Positions 1 to 11,037 of a stretch of 64,000 bases of DNA are shown piece by piece; position 1 is the first letter of the stretch, and each line of letters begins with the position of its first letter. The notes under the pieces were generated by a model. That model saw only the letters and a program-made list of their open reading frames with translations. It ran no database searches and had not been told where the DNA came from. This stretch comes from an uncultured Actinomycetota bacterium (GTDB taxonomy: Bacteria; Actinomycetota; Actinomycetes; DATJPE01), in the NCBI GenBank assembly GCA_963819985.1, contig CAWFYH010000002.1, forward strand, positions 385,404 through 449,403. Reading direction: 5' to 3'. The position numbers were made by a program, and so were the translations under genes.

Positions 1-196
1 CTCCAAGGGCCTCGATGATGGTCCTGGTGTGCACCACGTCGAGGCCCGCGCTCAGGCCATGGATGGTGGAGGTTCCGTCCGCCAGTGCCGCCAGCATCAG
101 CGCGCGGTGCGACACCGACTTGTCGCCGGGAACCCGCACGGTGCCCCGAAGGGGACGCCCTCCCGGGACCAAGACCGTCGACGCTCGGTCTTTCAC
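1..196 (-). CDS. aroA: 3-phosphoshikimate 1-carboxyvinyltransferase (EPSP synthase), N-terminal fragment; gene runs off the window start
   Basis: Minus-strand translation from the GTG at about 196 gives [65 protein letters not shown]. This matches the conserved EPSPS N-terminus (PGDKS.SHRA..LAALA.G.S). The start overlaps the upstream gene stop as GTGA. Not in the ORF table because the gene is truncated by the window edge. Confidence 0.7.
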   Translation of the reverse strand, partial: MKDRASTVLVPGGRPLRGTVRVPGDKSVSHRALMLAALADGTSTIHGLSAGLDVVHTRTIIEALG

Positions 197-918
197 CGGA
201 TGGCGCCGGGCTCTAGCCGGGTCTCGACGACCGCCCCATCGATGAGCTCCACGCGGTAGGCCGCCTTGCCGGAGCCGGCGGCGTCCTCGACGACGGCGAC
301 CGGCTCGAGCCCCTCGTACAGGATTCCCGTGCCGTCGTCGGTGGCGTAGGACAGGGGCAGGGTGCCCTCGGTGACGAGGCGCTGGAGGAGCGGTCGGCGC
401 TGCTCCTCGGAGTCGTAGTGGACGCCGTTGCCGTAGGGGAGCAGCGCCAATCCGTTCGTGACCGGCACGAGCTCGGGTCCGAACGAGTCCGTGGGACCGC
501 CCACGTGCCAGCAGATCGATCCCGCGCTCACCCCGCTGAGGATGACTCCCGCGTCCCAGGCCTCGCGCATGATCTCGTCGACTCCGTGCAGCCGCCACAG
601 GGCAAGCAGGTTGGCCACGGATCCGCCGCCGACCCAGACCACGTCCGCGCCGAGAATCAGCTCGCGCGGGTCCGCGTTGGGCATCATGGTCAGCCGTAGA
701 TGGGACACGTCGACCGACCAACCACGGAAAGCATCGAACGTGGAGAGCAGATAGCCGGCATCGTCGCTGCTGGCGGTCATCACCAAGCAGACCTTCGGCC
801 GCTCGGCTCCCGACAGCTGCAACGCCTCGGCCATCAACCCGCCAGGTCGCATGGTGCGGTAGGCGTCACCGGCCACGAAGCCGCCGCTGGTGGCAAGGAT
901 GCGGGAAGTGCGTGTCAT
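193..918 (-). CDS. Peptidase S51 family (dipeptidase E / cyanophycinase-like, class I glutamine amidotransferase-like fold)
   Basis: ORF 193..969. An internal start [13 protein letters not shown] fits the S51 N-terminus. The Ser-His-Glu catalytic region GVSAGSICW is present, and the composition is ordinary. Confidence 0.6.
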   Translation of the reverse strand: MTRTSRILATSGGFVAGDAYRTMRPGGLMAEALQLSGAERPKVCLVMTASSDDAGYLLSTFDAFRGWSVDVSHLRLTMMPNADPRELILGADVVWVGGGSVANLLALWRLHGVDEIMREAWDAGVILSGVSAGSICWHVGGPTDSFGPELVPVTNGLALLPYGNGVHYDSEEQRRPLLQRLVTEGTLPLSYATDDGTGILYEGLEPVAVVEDAAGSGKAAYRVELIDGAVVETRLEPGAIR

Positions 919-1024
919 TGAGCCGAGTCTGCCAGGGGAAGTCGACCGCTCCGCAGGCCCCTGGGGCACGCCGGCCTGTGGATGACGCGCACGCGGTTAG
1001 GTCCGACAGGGCCAGGCTGGACCG

Positions 1025-2323
1025 ATGGCTCCCAGGACGCCCCCGGCCCTGCCCGGAATGAGCATCACCAGAGCGCTCGGGCGGGGGACCGACCCTCCGT
1101 GGGTGGCACGGGCCGACGACGGGACCTGGATCGTGGTACGGCTCGGGAAACGCCCTCCGACGCTGCCCGAGCATGACGGGATCCTGACGGTGCTGGGTTC
1201 CGTCACGGACGGCGGGGGAGCGCGGTGGACGGTCACGCCGTACGTCTCCGGCAGCGGATTGGACCGTCGCGTCGACCGCCTCGGCATCGTCTCCGTGGAC
1301 GAGGCGGCGACCTGGCTGGGCAAAGTCGCCTTGGCCCTATCCGCGCTGCACGCCGACGGTCTCGTCCACGGCGACCTGCACTCGGCTCGCGTCCTCCTGG
1401 CGCCGGGCAACAAGGTGTTGTTGGACGCCACCTGCGCCAGGGGTGGCACGGCCGCGGAGCGGACACGGGACGTCGCCGCACTCGGCGAGCTGGCCTTGAC
1501 CATCGTTGGCGACGAGGGCGGCGGCACTTATGCCCGGGTCGCAGGGCAGGCGTGCGACGGCAAGGTCGACGCCGCGTCGTTAGCGGAGGCGCTGTTGGGG
1601 AAGGCCACATCCTCCCCGTCTCCGGGGCGACCGCGAAGGCGCCAGGTCGGTCGCGTCGGCATCCTCGTGGTGGTGGGCTGTGCAGCAGTCGTTGCCGCTT
1701 CGATCCTGGGATCGAAGCTGGTGTCCCCCCAGCCACGCCCTGCGGTGCTGCCGTCGAGCGCGTCTCAGACTCCAGCTGTGGCAGCTGACACCGCGTCGTC
1801 GGGCCCATCTGCGGTTGCTCGGGACGTGAGCCCACGCCCCCCGGCTGCTCCGCCCATACTGACTCCTCCACCCATATTGACTCCCCCACCCATACTGACT
1901 GCTCGACCCATATTGACTCCGCCAGCCAGCACGGCGGCTGTCTCATGGACGTCGGTGCTGGCCGACCTTGATGCAGCCCGTGGACGAGCACTGTCAGCGC
2001 CGCAGCCGGCTCGGGCAGCGAGCTTCGATGCTCCCGGGAGCCCGGCCTATCGCCGAGACCGTGCGTTGCTCGACGAACTCGACGCTGCGCAGATCGTGGT
2101 TCGCGGGTGGCGTACGGAGCTGGTATCCGTACGTCCCCGCCTGGTCACTGCCGACCGCGTCGAGCTATTCGTGGTCGACCGCCTCGGAGCGCACACGCTG
2201 CGATCGGTCGACGGCACCGTGGTGGACCGTCGGTCAGCTCGCCCTCAGGCGCGCTGGCTTGTCCGGCTCGACGCCACCTCCGATGGGTGGCGGATTGCCA
2301 AAGTGACCGCGGCGGACCGCTGA
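1025..2323 (+). CDS. Membrane-anchored pseudokinase-like protein with PILTPP tandem repeats and a C-terminal extracytoplasmic domain
   Basis: The N-terminal domain has a degenerate kinase catalytic-loop-like motif HGDLHSARVLL and no Gly-rich loop. There is a single TM segment (VGILVVVGCAAVVAASILG), then PPILTPPPILTPPPILTARPILTPP encoded by 4 x 18-nt repeats at about 1850-1925, then a conserved-looking C-terminal domain. Confidence 0.55.
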   Translation: MAPRTPPALPGMSITRALGRGTDPPWVARADDGTWIVVRLGKRPPTLPEHDGILTVLGSVTDGGGARWTVTPYVSGSGLDRRVDRLGIVSVDEAATWLGKVALALSALHADGLVHGDLHSARVLLAPGNKVLLDATCARGGTAAERTRDVAALGELALTIVGDEGGGTYARVAGQACDGKVDAASLAEALLGKATSSPSPGRPRRRQVGRVGILVVVGCAAVVAASILGSKLVSPQPRPAVLPSSASQTPAVAADTASSGPSAVARDVSPRPPAAPPILTPPPILTPPPILTARPILTPPASTAAVSWTSVLADLDAARGRALSAPQPARAASFDAPGSPAYRRDRALLDELDAAQIVVRGWRTELVSVRPRLVTADRVELFVVDRLGAHTLRSVDGTVVDRRSARPQARWLVRLDATSDGWRIAKVTAADR

Positions 2324-2340
2324 CTTCAGCGAACAAGCCC

Positions 2341-3228
2341 TCAGATCACGCTGGCGAAGGCCTCGTCGAAGGTCGGGTGGGTGAACGCGAATCCCGAGTC
2401 GAGCAGCTTGCCGGGGGCCACCCTGGTGCTGCGGAGGACCTCTGAGGAGAAACCTCCCAGAATCGTACGCAACGCGAAGGCGGGCACCGCGAACACCGTC
2501 GGCCGGTGCAGGAGGCGCCCCATCGACTTGGTCATGTCCACGTTGCGGATCGACGCCGGGGCGGTCAGGTTCACGGGACCGCTCAGGTCCGGGTGGTTCA
2601 ACAGCCAACTGAGCGCAGCCACCTGGTCTGTGAGGGAGATGATGGACCACCACTGTTGGCCCGAACCGAGACGGCCGCCGAGGCCCAGTTTGAACAACGG
2701 CATCATCCGTCCCCAGGCTCCGCCGCCGGATGCGACCACAAGCCCAGATCGGGCCGAGACGACGCGGATCCCGGCGTCACGCGCTGGCTGCGCCGCTTCC
2801 TCCGCTGCTACGAGGACGTCGGAGGCGAATCCCACGCCCTTCGGTCCGTCCTCATCGACCTCGATGTCGCCGGTGTCGCCGTAGTAGCCGATGGCGCTGC
2901 CACCGACAAATACCGAGGGGACAGGATCGAGGGCGGCCATGGCTCGCGTCAAAGTCTTCGTGCCAAGGACACGGCTGTCGAGGATCTCGCGTTGATACGC
3001 ATCGGTCCATCGGTGGTCGCCGATGCCGGCGCCGGCGAGGTTGATGACTGCGTCGGTGCCGGTCAGCTCCGCCGCATCGATTTCCTCGCGCATGGGGTCC
3101 CACGAGATCTCGTCGCTCGCCACGGCACGGCGCCGCACGAGCCTGAAGACGTCATGACCGTCCGTGCGCAGGGATGGGACCAGGGCAGACCCCATGAGGC
3201 CAGACGCACCGCTGACGACGATCTTCAC
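2341..3228 (-). CDS. TIGR01777/SDR39U1-family NAD-dependent epimerase (YfcH-like)
   Basis: MKIVVSGASGLMGSAL matches the Rossmann GxxGxxG motif. The length (about 295 aa) and a C-terminal DUF1731-like region fit the family. Confidence 0.8.
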   Translation of the reverse strand: MKIVVSGASGLMGSALVPSLRTDGHDVFRLVRRRAVASDEISWDPMREEIDAAELTGTDAVINLAGAGIGDHRWTDAYQREILDSRVLGTKTLTRAMAALDPVPSVFVGGSAIGYYGDTGDIEVDEDGPKGVGFASDVLVAAEEAAQPARDAGIRVVSARSGLVVASGGGAWGRMMPLFKLGLGGRLGSGQQWWSIISLTDQVAALSWLLNHPDLSGPVNLTAPASIRNVDMTKSMGRLLHRPTVFAVPAFALRTILGGFSSEVLRSTRVAPGKLLDSGFAFTHPTFDEAFASVI

Positions 3229-3271
3229 CCATTGATCCTGCCTGGGTCCGAGTCGTCTCGCGAGTTGAGGG

Positions 3272-4681
3272 CTATCCGCCCCTCCTCGGCTGCCACGGTT
3301 CCTGCCAGCCGCCGTACCTGCTGATCAGCTTGTTCGCCGACGAGGGACCCCATGTATTCGGTTCGTACGCCGTCACCGGAGGTTGGTCGTCCAGCAACGG
3401 TTGCATGACCCGCCACGTCTCTTCGACACCGTCCTGACGAGTGAACCTCGTGCTGTCGCCCTTCATGGCAGCAAGGAGCAGCACCTCGTAGGGCGTTGGG
3501 CTCTCTCCTCCCTCCGCGGCGAATGTCATGTCGAGATGGACAGGGGCAGCATCCACGGAGTCGCGACGTTCGGCGTCCACGGAGATCCGCACCCCCGCCT
3601 CCGGGTCGACCCGGATGACGATCTGGTTGGGGTCCATCCGTCGGTCCCACACCTTGAACCCGAGTTTCGGCGGATGCCTGAAGATGAGCCTGACCTCGGT
3701 CTGCTTGACCGGCAGCCGTTTGCCGGTGCGGATGAAGAACGGCACACCTGCCCAGCGCCAGCTCTCGATGTCGAGGCGAAGGGCGGCGTACGTCTCCGTA
3801 TCGGATCCGTTCGCAACCCCGTCGATCTCCTGGTATCCGGTGTACTGCCCTCGCACGTAGTTGGCGGGATCGGCCGGCAGCATGGCATGGAACACGGCGA
3901 CCTTGGCGTTCTTGATCGTTCTTGGATCCCCTGCCGAGGGAGCCTCCATGGCGACCGAGGCCACGAGCTGCATGAGGTGGTTGACCACCACGTCGCGCAG
4001 CGCCCCGACGGGATCGTAGAAGTGACCGCGGTCCTCCACGCCAACCGTCTCGGCCATGGTGACCTGCACCGACCTGACGTAGTTCCGGTTCCACATCGGT
4101 TCGAGGATCGTGTTGGCGAATCGCAGGTGCAGGATCTCGGTGAGTCCGGTCTTCCCCAAGAAGTGATCGATCCGGTACAGCTGCTCCTCGTCGATGTACT
4201 GGTGAAGTTCCGCCGCGAGGGCTCGAGCCGACTCGGCGTCGTGCCCAAAGGGCTTCTCGACGACAACACGGGAGGACGATGTGAGGCCCGCCTTGTGCAG
4301 CCCTGCCGTCACCCGACCGAACAACGATGGCGGGATCTCGAGGTAGAACACCGGGTGCGCGCTCTCGTGCAACGACTTGGCGACCTTGTCGTATGTCCCC
4401 GCATCACCGAAGTCTCCGGAGACGTAGGACAGCCGTGCGGCGAAGCGCGCAAACACGTCCTCGTCCAGGTCCTCGCCGGCCGCGACGATCGACTCGCGAG
4501 CGCGTGCCCGGAGCTGCTCGACGTCCCAGTCGTCGAAGGCCACCCCAAGGATCGGGACCGTGAGCAGCTCGCGTGCCTCCAAGCGATACAGCGAACGGAA
4601 GGTCATCACCTTGGCCAGGTCGCCGGTGATCCCAAAGATCACCAAGGCGTCGGCCGGTGCGTCGTAGACGTGTTGCGGCAT
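3272..4681 (-). CDS. zwf: Glucose-6-phosphate 1-dehydrogenase
   Basis: Conserved motifs present: IFGITGDLA (NADP binding), EKPFGHD and RIDHFLGK (G6PD signature). The likely start is MPQHVYD, not the upstream ATG of the ORF track. Confidence 0.85.
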   Translation of the reverse strand: MPQHVYDAPADALVIFGITGDLAKVMTFRSLYRLEARELLTVPILGVAFDDWDVEQLRARARESIVAAGEDLDEDVFARFAARLSYVSGDFGDAGTYDKVAKSLHESAHPVFYLEIPPSLFGRVTAGLHKAGLTSSSRVVVEKPFGHDAESARALAAELHQYIDEEQLYRIDHFLGKTGLTEILHLRFANTILEPMWNRNYVRSVQVTMAETVGVEDRGHFYDPVGALRDVVVNHLMQLVASVAMEAPSAGDPRTIKNAKVAVFHAMLPADPANYVRGQYTGYQEIDGVANGSDTETYAALRLDIESWRWAGVPFFIRTGKRLPVKQTEVRLIFRHPPKLGFKVWDRRMDPNQIVIRVDPEAGVRISVDAERRDSVDAAPVHLDMTFAAEGGESPTPYEVLLLAAMKGDSTRFTRQDGVEETWRVMQPLLDDQPPVTAYEPNTWGPSSANKLISRYGGWQEPWQPRRGG

Positions 4682-4682
4682 C

Positions 4683-5597
4683 TCAGTCCTGCTCTCGTAG
4701 GCCCCAGGAGGCCGTAGTGGTCTCACCGGGGGCAAGGCGAGTGACGTCCTCGCCGGTCCGGAAGGCGTTGGGCGGGCAGGTCATCGGCTCGACAGCGAGA
4801 CCCTGGCGACGGCGGTCGGCGGGGAGCGGATCGCCGGTGAACAGCATGAGATGGGTATAGCCCTCACCCATCCATAGCTCGAGTGCTCGACCGGCGGTGG
4901 GGTCAGCAAGCTGCACGCAGGCATTTCCGTCGTCGTCGCGCGCGAGATCGGTGAAGGCGTGATCGAGGACGGTGCCCTCGATCGGTCGGCCAGCTCGGAA
5001 GTCGTACGTCGTCCCGTCCACCGGTTTGCGCGAGTGCGGGATGCCTCGTTCGTCATGGTTGAGGACCGTCTCTGCGGGGCTCGTGAGCTCCAAGGTGTCG
5101 ACCAGCTGCCCGCCACCACTGAGGTAAGGGTGCGCACCCATGCCGAACGGGCAGTCGGTGTCTCCGACGTTGGTGGCCGACGTCGTGACGGTCAGCCCTG
5201 CCGCGTCCAACGTGTAGTCGACCCGCAGGGAGACTGTGAACGGATAGCCGGGCTGTGAGTGGAGCACGTAGCCCAACGACACCGCGTTGGCCTGCGCGAT
5301 CAAGGTGGACCAGTTCGCCCAACGGGTGAGACCGTGGATCGCGTTGCGTCGGCTCGGCTCGGTGAGCGCGAGTTCGTGATCAGTGTTGTTCCATGAGTAG
5401 TGGCCGTCCTCGATTCTGTTCGGCCACGGCGTCAACAGCTGACCGCGCCCGGCGTCGGCCATCGCCTCGACCGGATATCCCTCCAGGACGTCGCCACGCG
5501 CGGTCGAATAGAAGCGCACGCCGCCGCCGACCTCGACGACCACGGCGCGCTGGTCTTCGAAGGCCAGCGCATGCTGGGTGCCCGAGGGTCGGATCAC
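4683..5597 (-). CDS. Aldose 1-epimerase family protein (galactose mutarotase-like)
   Basis: ORF 4683..5597 has a mutarotase-like composition, and the HPYLSGG and NHDERGIPH motifs resemble the aldose-epimerase fold. Adjacent to zwf. Confidence 0.65.
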   Translation of the reverse strand: MIRPSGTQHALAFEDQRAVVVEVGGGVRFYSTARGDVLEGYPVEAMADAGRGQLLTPWPNRIEDGHYSWNNTDHELALTEPSRRNAIHGLTRWANWSTLIAQANAVSLGYVLHSQPGYPFTVSLRVDYTLDAAGLTVTTSATNVGDTDCPFGMGAHPYLSGGGQLVDTLELTSPAETVLNHDERGIPHSRKPVDGTTYDFRAGRPIEGTVLDHAFTDLARDDDGNACVQLADPTAGRALELWMGEGYTHLMLFTGDPLPADRRRQGLAVEPMTCPPNAFRTGEDVTRLAPGETTTASWGLREQD

Positions 5598-5607
5598 CAG
5601 CCGACGC

Positions 5608-7515
5608 TCAGAGGCCGAGATCGGATTCGAAGGCGCCCTCTTCGAGGCGAGCCTTGAGCGCGGTCAAGAAGCGGGCGGCGTCGGCGCCGTCGACCAACCG
5701 GTGGTCGTAGGTGAGCGCGAGATACGCCATCGAACGCACGGCGATCACGTCGCCGCCCGTCTCGTCGCTGACCACCACGGGGCGACGGACCACGGCGCCG
5801 GTGCCGAGGATCCCGACCTGCGGCTGGTTGATGATGGGGGTATCGAACAGGGCGCCGCGGCTGCCGGTGTTGGTGAGGGTGAACGTCCCGCCCGACAGCT
5901 CGTCCGGGGTGATCTTGTTGTTGCGCGTGCGATCGGCGAGGTCGTTGATCTTGCGGGCGAGTCCGGCGATGTTCAGATCGCCGGCGTCGCGGATGACCGG
6001 GACCAGCAGACCACGGTCGGTGTCGACTGCGACGCCGAGGTGTTCGGCCTCGTGGTAGGAGACCGTCCCCGCCTCGGTGTCGATGCTCGCGTTGAGCTGC
6101 GGGAAGCTGCGCAGGGACTCGATGGTGGCCTTGGCGAAGAAGGGCAAGAATGACAACTTGACCCCTTCGCGGGCCTCGAAGTCTGCCTTGGCGCGCTGCC
6201 TCAGGCTCGCGATTCGGCTGACGTCGACCTCGACGACGCTGGTCAGCTGGGCTGAGGTCTGCAGCGAGGCGACCATGCGCTCGGCGATCACCTTGCGCAG
6301 CCGCGACATGGGTTCGGTACGTCCCCGCAGCGGTGAGGGTGCCTGGGCGCTGCCCGAGGCTGGCGTCGCTGCTGGAGCTGTCGACGGGGCCGCCGGCTCG
6401 GGCTGTGGGGAAGGTGCGGCAGCCGTACGAGCTCGAGCTGCCGCTTCGAGCACGTCTTGCTTGCGGATCCGGCCGCCAACCCCGCTGCCGGTGACAGTGG
6501 ACAGATCGACCGAGTGCTCCGCGGCCAGCTTGCGAACCAGCGGGGTGACATAGGTCGCGTCGGATGCTTCTCCGGAGTCCGCGGGTTCGGCGGCAGCCGC
6601 GCTGGCGGTCTCCTGTTGCGCCGACGGCTGCTGGGTTGGCGCGCCGGGCGGCGGGGCGGCGGCCGGGGCCGGCTCGGAGGCGGCCGCCGCAGTCTGCGGC
6701 GCAGCCTGGGTCTGAGACCCCGAAGGTGCGGGCGGTGATACCAGCGACGGGCCGGGTCGGAACGGCGATCCGCCTGTGGCGGGTGGCTCGGCAGCCGGCA
6801 CCGGCTGCGCTGATTCCGTTGCGCCTGCGGCTCCGATGCGTCCAAGCACCGCGCCGACCTCGACGGTCTCGTCCTCGGCCACGTCGATGGACAGCAGCGT
6901 GCCCGCTGCCGGGGAGGGGATCTCGGTGTCGACCTTGTCGGTGGAGACCTCCAGCAACGGCTCGTCGGCAGCGACCTCGTCGCCGACGACCTTGAGCCAG
7001 CGCGTGACGGTGCCCTCCGTCACGCTCTCACCAAGCGCGGGGAGCACCACCGCCGTGTCGTCGCTGCCGGCACCGGAATCGGGGGTTGGAGACTCCTCGG
7101 GTTGGGACTGTGCTGGTTGGCTGTGTTCAGGTTGGCTCTGTTCAGGTTGGCTCTGCTCGGGTTGGGGCTGTGCGGGTTGGGGCTGCTCCGGCTGGCTCTG
7201 TTCGGGCAACTCTGACGATGGGGTCGCTTCCTGGCCACCCGTGGACTGATCGTTGCTGTCATTGCCACCGCTGCTGCCGGCATCTCCGATGACGGCGAGC
7301 TCGCCTCCGACCTCAACCACGGCGTCCTCGCCGGCCACGATGCGGGTGAGCACACCCGATGCGGGACTCGGGATCTCGGTGTCCACCTTGTCGGTCGAGA
7401 CCTCCAGCAACGGCTCGTCGGCCTGGACCGTGTCACCCTCCGCCTTCAGCCACCGCGTGACGGTGCCTTCGGTGACACTCTCGCCCAGCTGGGGCATCGT
7501 GACGGAGACCGGCAT
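5608..7515 (-). CDS. sucB: Dihydrolipoyllysine-residue succinyl/acyltransferase E2 component (two lipoyl domains, PSBD, catalytic domain)
   Basis: Two lipoyl motifs [15 protein letters not shown]...[13 protein letters not shown], a P/A/E/Q-rich linker with repeats (QPEQSQPEQ), and the C-terminal catalytic motif [14 protein letters not shown]. The Mtb synteny equivalent is dlaT. Confidence 0.9.
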   Translation of the reverse strand: MPVSVTMPQLGESVTEGTVTRWLKAEGDTVQADEPLLEVSTDKVDTEIPSPASGVLTRIVAGEDAVVEVGGELAVIGDAGSSGGNDSNDQSTGGQEATPSSELPEQSQPEQPQPAQPQPEQSQPEQSQPEHSQPAQSQPEESPTPDSGAGSDDTAVVLPALGESVTEGTVTRWLKVVGDEVAADEPLLEVSTDKVDTEIPSPAAGTLLSIDVAEDETVEVGAVLGRIGAAGATESAQPVPAAEPPATGGSPFRPGPSLVSPPAPSGSQTQAAPQTAAAASEPAPAAAPPPGAPTQQPSAQQETASAAAAEPADSGEASDATYVTPLVRKLAAEHSVDLSTVTGSGVGGRIRKQDVLEAAARARTAAAPSPQPEPAAPSTAPAATPASGSAQAPSPLRGRTEPMSRLRKVIAERMVASLQTSAQLTSVVEVDVSRIASLRQRAKADFEAREGVKLSFLPFFAKATIESLRSFPQLNASIDTEAGTVSYHEAEHLGVAVDTDRGLLVPVIRDAGDLNIAGLARKINDLADRTRNNKITPDELSGGTFTLTNTGSRGALFDTPIINQPQVGILGTGAVVRRPVVVSDETGGDVIAVRSMAYLALTYDHRLVDGADAARFLTALKARLEEGAFESDLGL

Positions 7516-7579
7516 CGGGTTGACTCCTCGGGTCGGGGGCGGAGGGTGGTCAGTGGTCAGTGGTCAGTGGTCAGTGGTC

Positions 7580-8962
7580 TTAACCGTGCGCGTGCAGGGG
7601 TTTGCCGGCAAGCACGAGGTGCGCTTCACCCATCGCCTCCGACATCGTCGGGTGCGGGTGGATCAGGTTGGCGACGTCGTCGGCGTAGGCCTCCCAGTTG
7701 TAGATGAGCTGGCCCTCGGCGAGCAGCTCGCCGACCCGGCTGCCGACGAGGTGCAGGCCGACAACTGGTCCATCGACGAGTGCGACCAGCTTGACCGCCC
7801 CAGCCGTCTTGAGGATCTGGCTCTTGCCGTTGCCGGCAAGGTCGTAGGTGACGGTGCGCACCTTGTCGGGGCCGTACCGCTCCTGCGCCTGCGCCTCGGT
7901 GATCCCCACCGAGGCCACTTCGGGCTCGCAGTAGGCGATGCGGGGGACACCGTCGTAGTCGATGGGGCGCGGGTTGAGGCCACCTACGTGCTCGGCCACG
8001 AGGATGCCTTCGGCGAATCCGACGTGCGCCAGCTGCAAGGTCGGGATCAGATCTCCGACGGCGTAGATGCCGGCGACGTTGGTGCGGCACAGGTCGTCGG
8101 CCAGCACGAAACCGCGATCCATGGCGATCCCCGCCTCCTCATAGCCGAGTCCGGCAGAGGTGGGGCCGCGCCCGACGGCGACCAGGAGCAGGTCGGCCTC
8201 GATCTGCTCGCCGCCCTCCAGGGAGACCATGACGCCCGTGGCCGTGTGCTCGACTCCGGCAAACCTCGCACCGAGGTGGGTCTTGATGCCGCGCTTGCGG
8301 TAGGCCCGCTCGAGCAACTTGGAGCTGGCCTCGTCCTCGAGGGGTACGAGGTGGGGGAGCGCCTCGACGATGGTGACCTCGGCGCCGAACGACTTCCAGA
8401 CCGAGGCGAACTCGACGCCGATGACGCCGCCGCCGAGAACGACGACCGAACGAGGAACGTAATCGAGGTTCAGGGCCTGATCGCTGGTCATCACTCGGGC
8501 ACCGTCGATCTCGAGCCCTGGGAGCGATCGAGCGTATGACCCGGTTGCGAGCACGACGTTGCGGCCGGTGTAGGTGGTGTCGCCGACCGAAACCGTTGTT
8601 GGCGAGGAGAGTCGGCCTTCGCCCTCGACATAGGTGATGCTCCGGCTCTTCACCAGGCCCTGCAGGCCCTTGTGCAGACGGCTCGTGACGCCGTCCTTGT
8701 AGGCGTTCACGCCCGCCATGTCGATGCCGTCCAGCGTCGCTCGGACGCCGAACTGCTCGCTCTCTCGGGCTCCGTCGGCGATCTCGCCGGCGTGCAGCAG
8801 GGCTTTGGTGGGGATGCATCCCCTGTGCAGACACGTGCCGCCCACCTTGTCGCGCTCGACCAGGACGACCGATAGGCCCAGTTCGGCCCCGCGCAGCGCG
8901 CACGCATAGCCGCCACTGCCACCTCCGAGGATGACGAGGTCGTACGTCGTCTCGTCGCTCAC
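7580..8962 (-). CDS. lpdA: Dihydrolipoyl dehydrogenase (E3)
   Basis: FAD motif DLVILGGGSGGY, redox-active disulfide GGTCLHRGCIPTK and C-terminal HAHPT-like end HAHG. The likely GTG start is at 8962 (VSDETTYDLVILGG); the ATG further upstream adds an Arg-rich artefactual extension. Confidence 0.9.
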   Translation of the reverse strand: MSDETTYDLVILGGGSGGYACALRGAELGLSVVLVERDKVGGTCLHRGCIPTKALLHAGEIADGARESEQFGVRATLDGIDMAGVNAYKDGVTSRLHKGLQGLVKSRSITYVEGEGRLSSPTTVSVGDTTYTGRNVVLATGSYARSLPGLEIDGARVMTSDQALNLDYVPRSVVVLGGGVIGVEFASVWKSFGAEVTIVEALPHLVPLEDEASSKLLERAYRKRGIKTHLGARFAGVEHTATGVMVSLEGGEQIEADLLLVAVGRGPTSAGLGYEEAGIAMDRGFVLADDLCRTNVAGIYAVGDLIPTLQLAHVGFAEGILVAEHVGGLNPRPIDYDGVPRIAYCEPEVASVGITEAQAQERYGPDKVRTVTYDLAGNGKSQILKTAGAVKLVALVDGPVVGLHLVGSRVGELLAEGQLIYNWEAYADDVANLIHPHPTMSEAMGEAHLVLAGKPLHAHG

Positions 8963-9101
8963 CGTCGTTGCTCCCGTCGGGTCGTCGTGGCTACCGCGCC
9001 GCCCATCCTCGCACCTTTGCCGTCGGCTTCTCCAATGGGCCTGACCCGCTTCCCCGTCCCGCTTCGCCGATTGTGCGGGGCGACTTCTGTAGCCTCCGCA
9101 C

Positions 9102-9446
9102 GTGGGACTGTTCAAGCGCAAGCAGCGACCCGGCACGCTGCGCGCAGCTGTCAGCGAGGACCGGAAGCATCTCGAGGCCTTCGCGGCGGATCATCCAGGG
9201 ACCGAGGCGTTCGTCGAACCCAGGACCACGGTCACTGAGACGACGGTCGTGCTGGTGGCCGTGGACGGTGAGTGGACGCGCCGCAGGGTTCCCTCACCGG
9301 AGGTGGCACACGCGTGGGCACAAGGGCTGTCGATGCCCATCTACGACGCGGCGATCGTCGGCTACCCGCAGCGCATGCGCGACTGGACCAGCCGACGCGC
9401 CGCCGAGCAGAAGGCGCGACGGCGTACTGACCCGCCACCGAGCTGA
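9102..9446 (+). CDS. Small conserved hypothetical protein (114 aa)
   Basis: The ORF has a balanced composition, sits between lpd and pepA, and has no recognisable motif. Confidence 0.4.
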   Translation: MGLFKRKQRPGTLRAAVSEDRKHLEAFAADHPGTEAFVEPRTTVTETTVVLVAVDGEWTRRRVPSPEVAHAWAQGLSMPIYDAAIVGYPQRMRDWTSRRAAEQKARRRTDPPPS

Positions 9447-9493
9447 GCGCCAGTCTGTCGTCTCCCCGGACGCGTCTCCCAGGTCGGCAGGGC

Positions 9494-10990
9494 CTAGGCC
9501 GAGAGATCCTCCGCGAGTTGGACCAGGGTCCGCACAGCGAAGCCCGTACCACCTTTGGGTGTGTAGCCCCAGGGTGATCCGTGCTCAAAGGCCGGTCCGG
9601 CGATGTCGAGGTGGGCCCACGTGTAGCCCTCGACGAACTCCTTGAGGAAGGTTCCCGCGGACAACATGCCGCCGTAGCGGGAGTTGTCGAGGTTGGCGAT
9701 GTCAGCCACCTGTGACTCCAGGCCCTTGCGGAGCTCGGGCGGCAACGGCATCGGCCACATGGCTTCGCCAGCAGTCTCGGACGCGGCGTGGACCGCGGAC
9801 CGGAAGTCGTCGTCGTTGGACATGATCCCGGCGACCCGGCTGCCTAGGGCGACCAGCTGTGCTCCGGTCAGCGTGGCCACGTCGACGATGAAGTCGGGGT
9901 CGTCCTCGGTCGCACGCACGAGGGCGTCGCACATGACCAGGCGACCTTCGGCGTCGGTGTTGAGCACCTCGACGGTACGGCCGCCGTAGGCGGTGAACAC
10001 GTCCGAGGGCCGTTGGGCCGTGCCGGAGGGCATGTTCTCGGCCATCGCTGCGTAGGTGGTCACGTTGACGGGGAGACCTAGACGCGCGATCGCCAGCGAG
10101 GCGCAGATCACCGCAGCGGCACCGCCCATGTCGCTCTTCATCCACTCCATGCCGAGGGCAGGTTTGATCGAGATACCGCCGGTGTCGAAGGTGATGCCTT
10201 TACCGATGAGCGCGAGGTGCCGGGTCGCCTCGGGGTGTCGGTAGGAGAGCCTCAGCAGCCGCGGTGGCGCGTCCGAGCCAAGCCCAACCGCAAGGATCCC
10301 GCCGTAGCCGCCCGTCTTGAGAGCTTTCTCGTCGAGGATCTCCACCTCAAGGCCGACCTCGCTTGCCGCCTCAGCGGCCCTGGAGGCGAAACTCGGCGGT
10401 CGGAGATCGTTGGGCGGTGTGTTGACGTAGTCGCGTGCGAGGTGGACCGACTCGGCCACGGCCTGCCCACGACGCACGGCCGCGCGGGCTGTCTTGTCAC
10501 TTGGCGCGTAGCCCGCGATGACCGCGCTGCCGAGCAATGACTTCTGGTCGCTCTTGCTGACTCCACGGAAGGTGTTGAAGGAGTAGGCGCCAAGGAGGGC
10601 GCCGGTGCCCACAGCCTCGATGTCGGAAGGCCCTTCGACCGGGAGGGCGAGCACGGCACGGCGTACTCCGGTGAGGCTGCGGGTGGCCGCTCCAGCGGCG
10701 CGACGCAGGGCTTCGGCCGAGAACGACTTCTCCAGCTGTCCCATGCCCACGGCCGCGACGACGGTGGCCGCGATACCGCGCGGAGACGGGACCTTGACGA
10801 CCTCGTCGGGCGCACCGGTGGCTCCCAGACTGGACAGCGTCGAGGGCAGACCGGCCAGCTTCTTGAGGGTCTTCTTGTCAGCCACGATCACCAGGGACTT
10901 CCGGGTCTTTCCGGTGGTGGCCACGCCGACGATCAGAGCGTCGGCCTTCACAGTGGCGGCATCGTTGCCGTTCAGTGCAAGTGAGGTCAT
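9494..10990 (-). CDS. pepA: Leucyl aminopeptidase (M17 family)
   Basis: M17 signature NTDAEGRLVMCDAL and metal-binding residues in the C-terminal catalytic domain. Corresponds to Mtb pepB by synteny. Confidence 0.9.
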   Translation of the reverse strand: MTSLALNGNDAATVKADALIVGVATTGKTRKSLVIVADKKTLKKLAGLPSTLSSLGATGAPDEVVKVPSPRGIAATVVAAVGMGQLEKSFSAEALRRAAGAATRSLTGVRRAVLALPVEGPSDIEAVGTGALLGAYSFNTFRGVSKSDQKSLLGSAVIAGYAPSDKTARAAVRRGQAVAESVHLARDYVNTPPNDLRPPSFASRAAEAASEVGLEVEILDEKALKTGGYGGILAVGLGSDAPPRLLRLSYRHPEATRHLALIGKGITFDTGGISIKPALGMEWMKSDMGGAAAVICASLAIARLGLPVNVTTYAAMAENMPSGTAQRPSDVFTAYGGRTVEVLNTDAEGRLVMCDALVRATEDDPDFIVDVATLTGAQLVALGSRVAGIMSNDDDFRSAVHAASETAGEAMWPMPLPPELRKGLESQVADIANLDNSRYGGMLSAGTFLKEFVEGYTWAHLDIAGPAFEHGSPWGYTPKGGTGFAVRTLVQLAEDLSA

Positions 10991-11037
10991 GTCGGCAGCC
11001 TAGTCACGCTGCGTCGCGTACGCGTTAGGGTCCGCGC

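Noticed and set aside
15-259. Two plus-strand ORFs at the window start
   Set aside because: They are antisense to the aroA N-terminal fragment, whose translation matches EPSP synthase.
1233-1991. Long antisense ORF (252 aa) and many similar Arg/Pro/Gly-rich ORFs throughout the track (for example 6288..6845, 8139..8903, 9702..10145, 16446..17075, 20239..21030, 38159..39130, 44313..45005, 57956..59266)
   Set aside because: They are antisense or out of frame to well-supported genes and have extreme R/P/A/G composition with no motifs. This is typical of open-frame artefacts in about 70% GC DNA.
3383-4717. 444-aa plus-strand ORF across zwf
   Set aside because: It is antisense to a motif-verified G6PD gene and its product is low-complexity with no signature.
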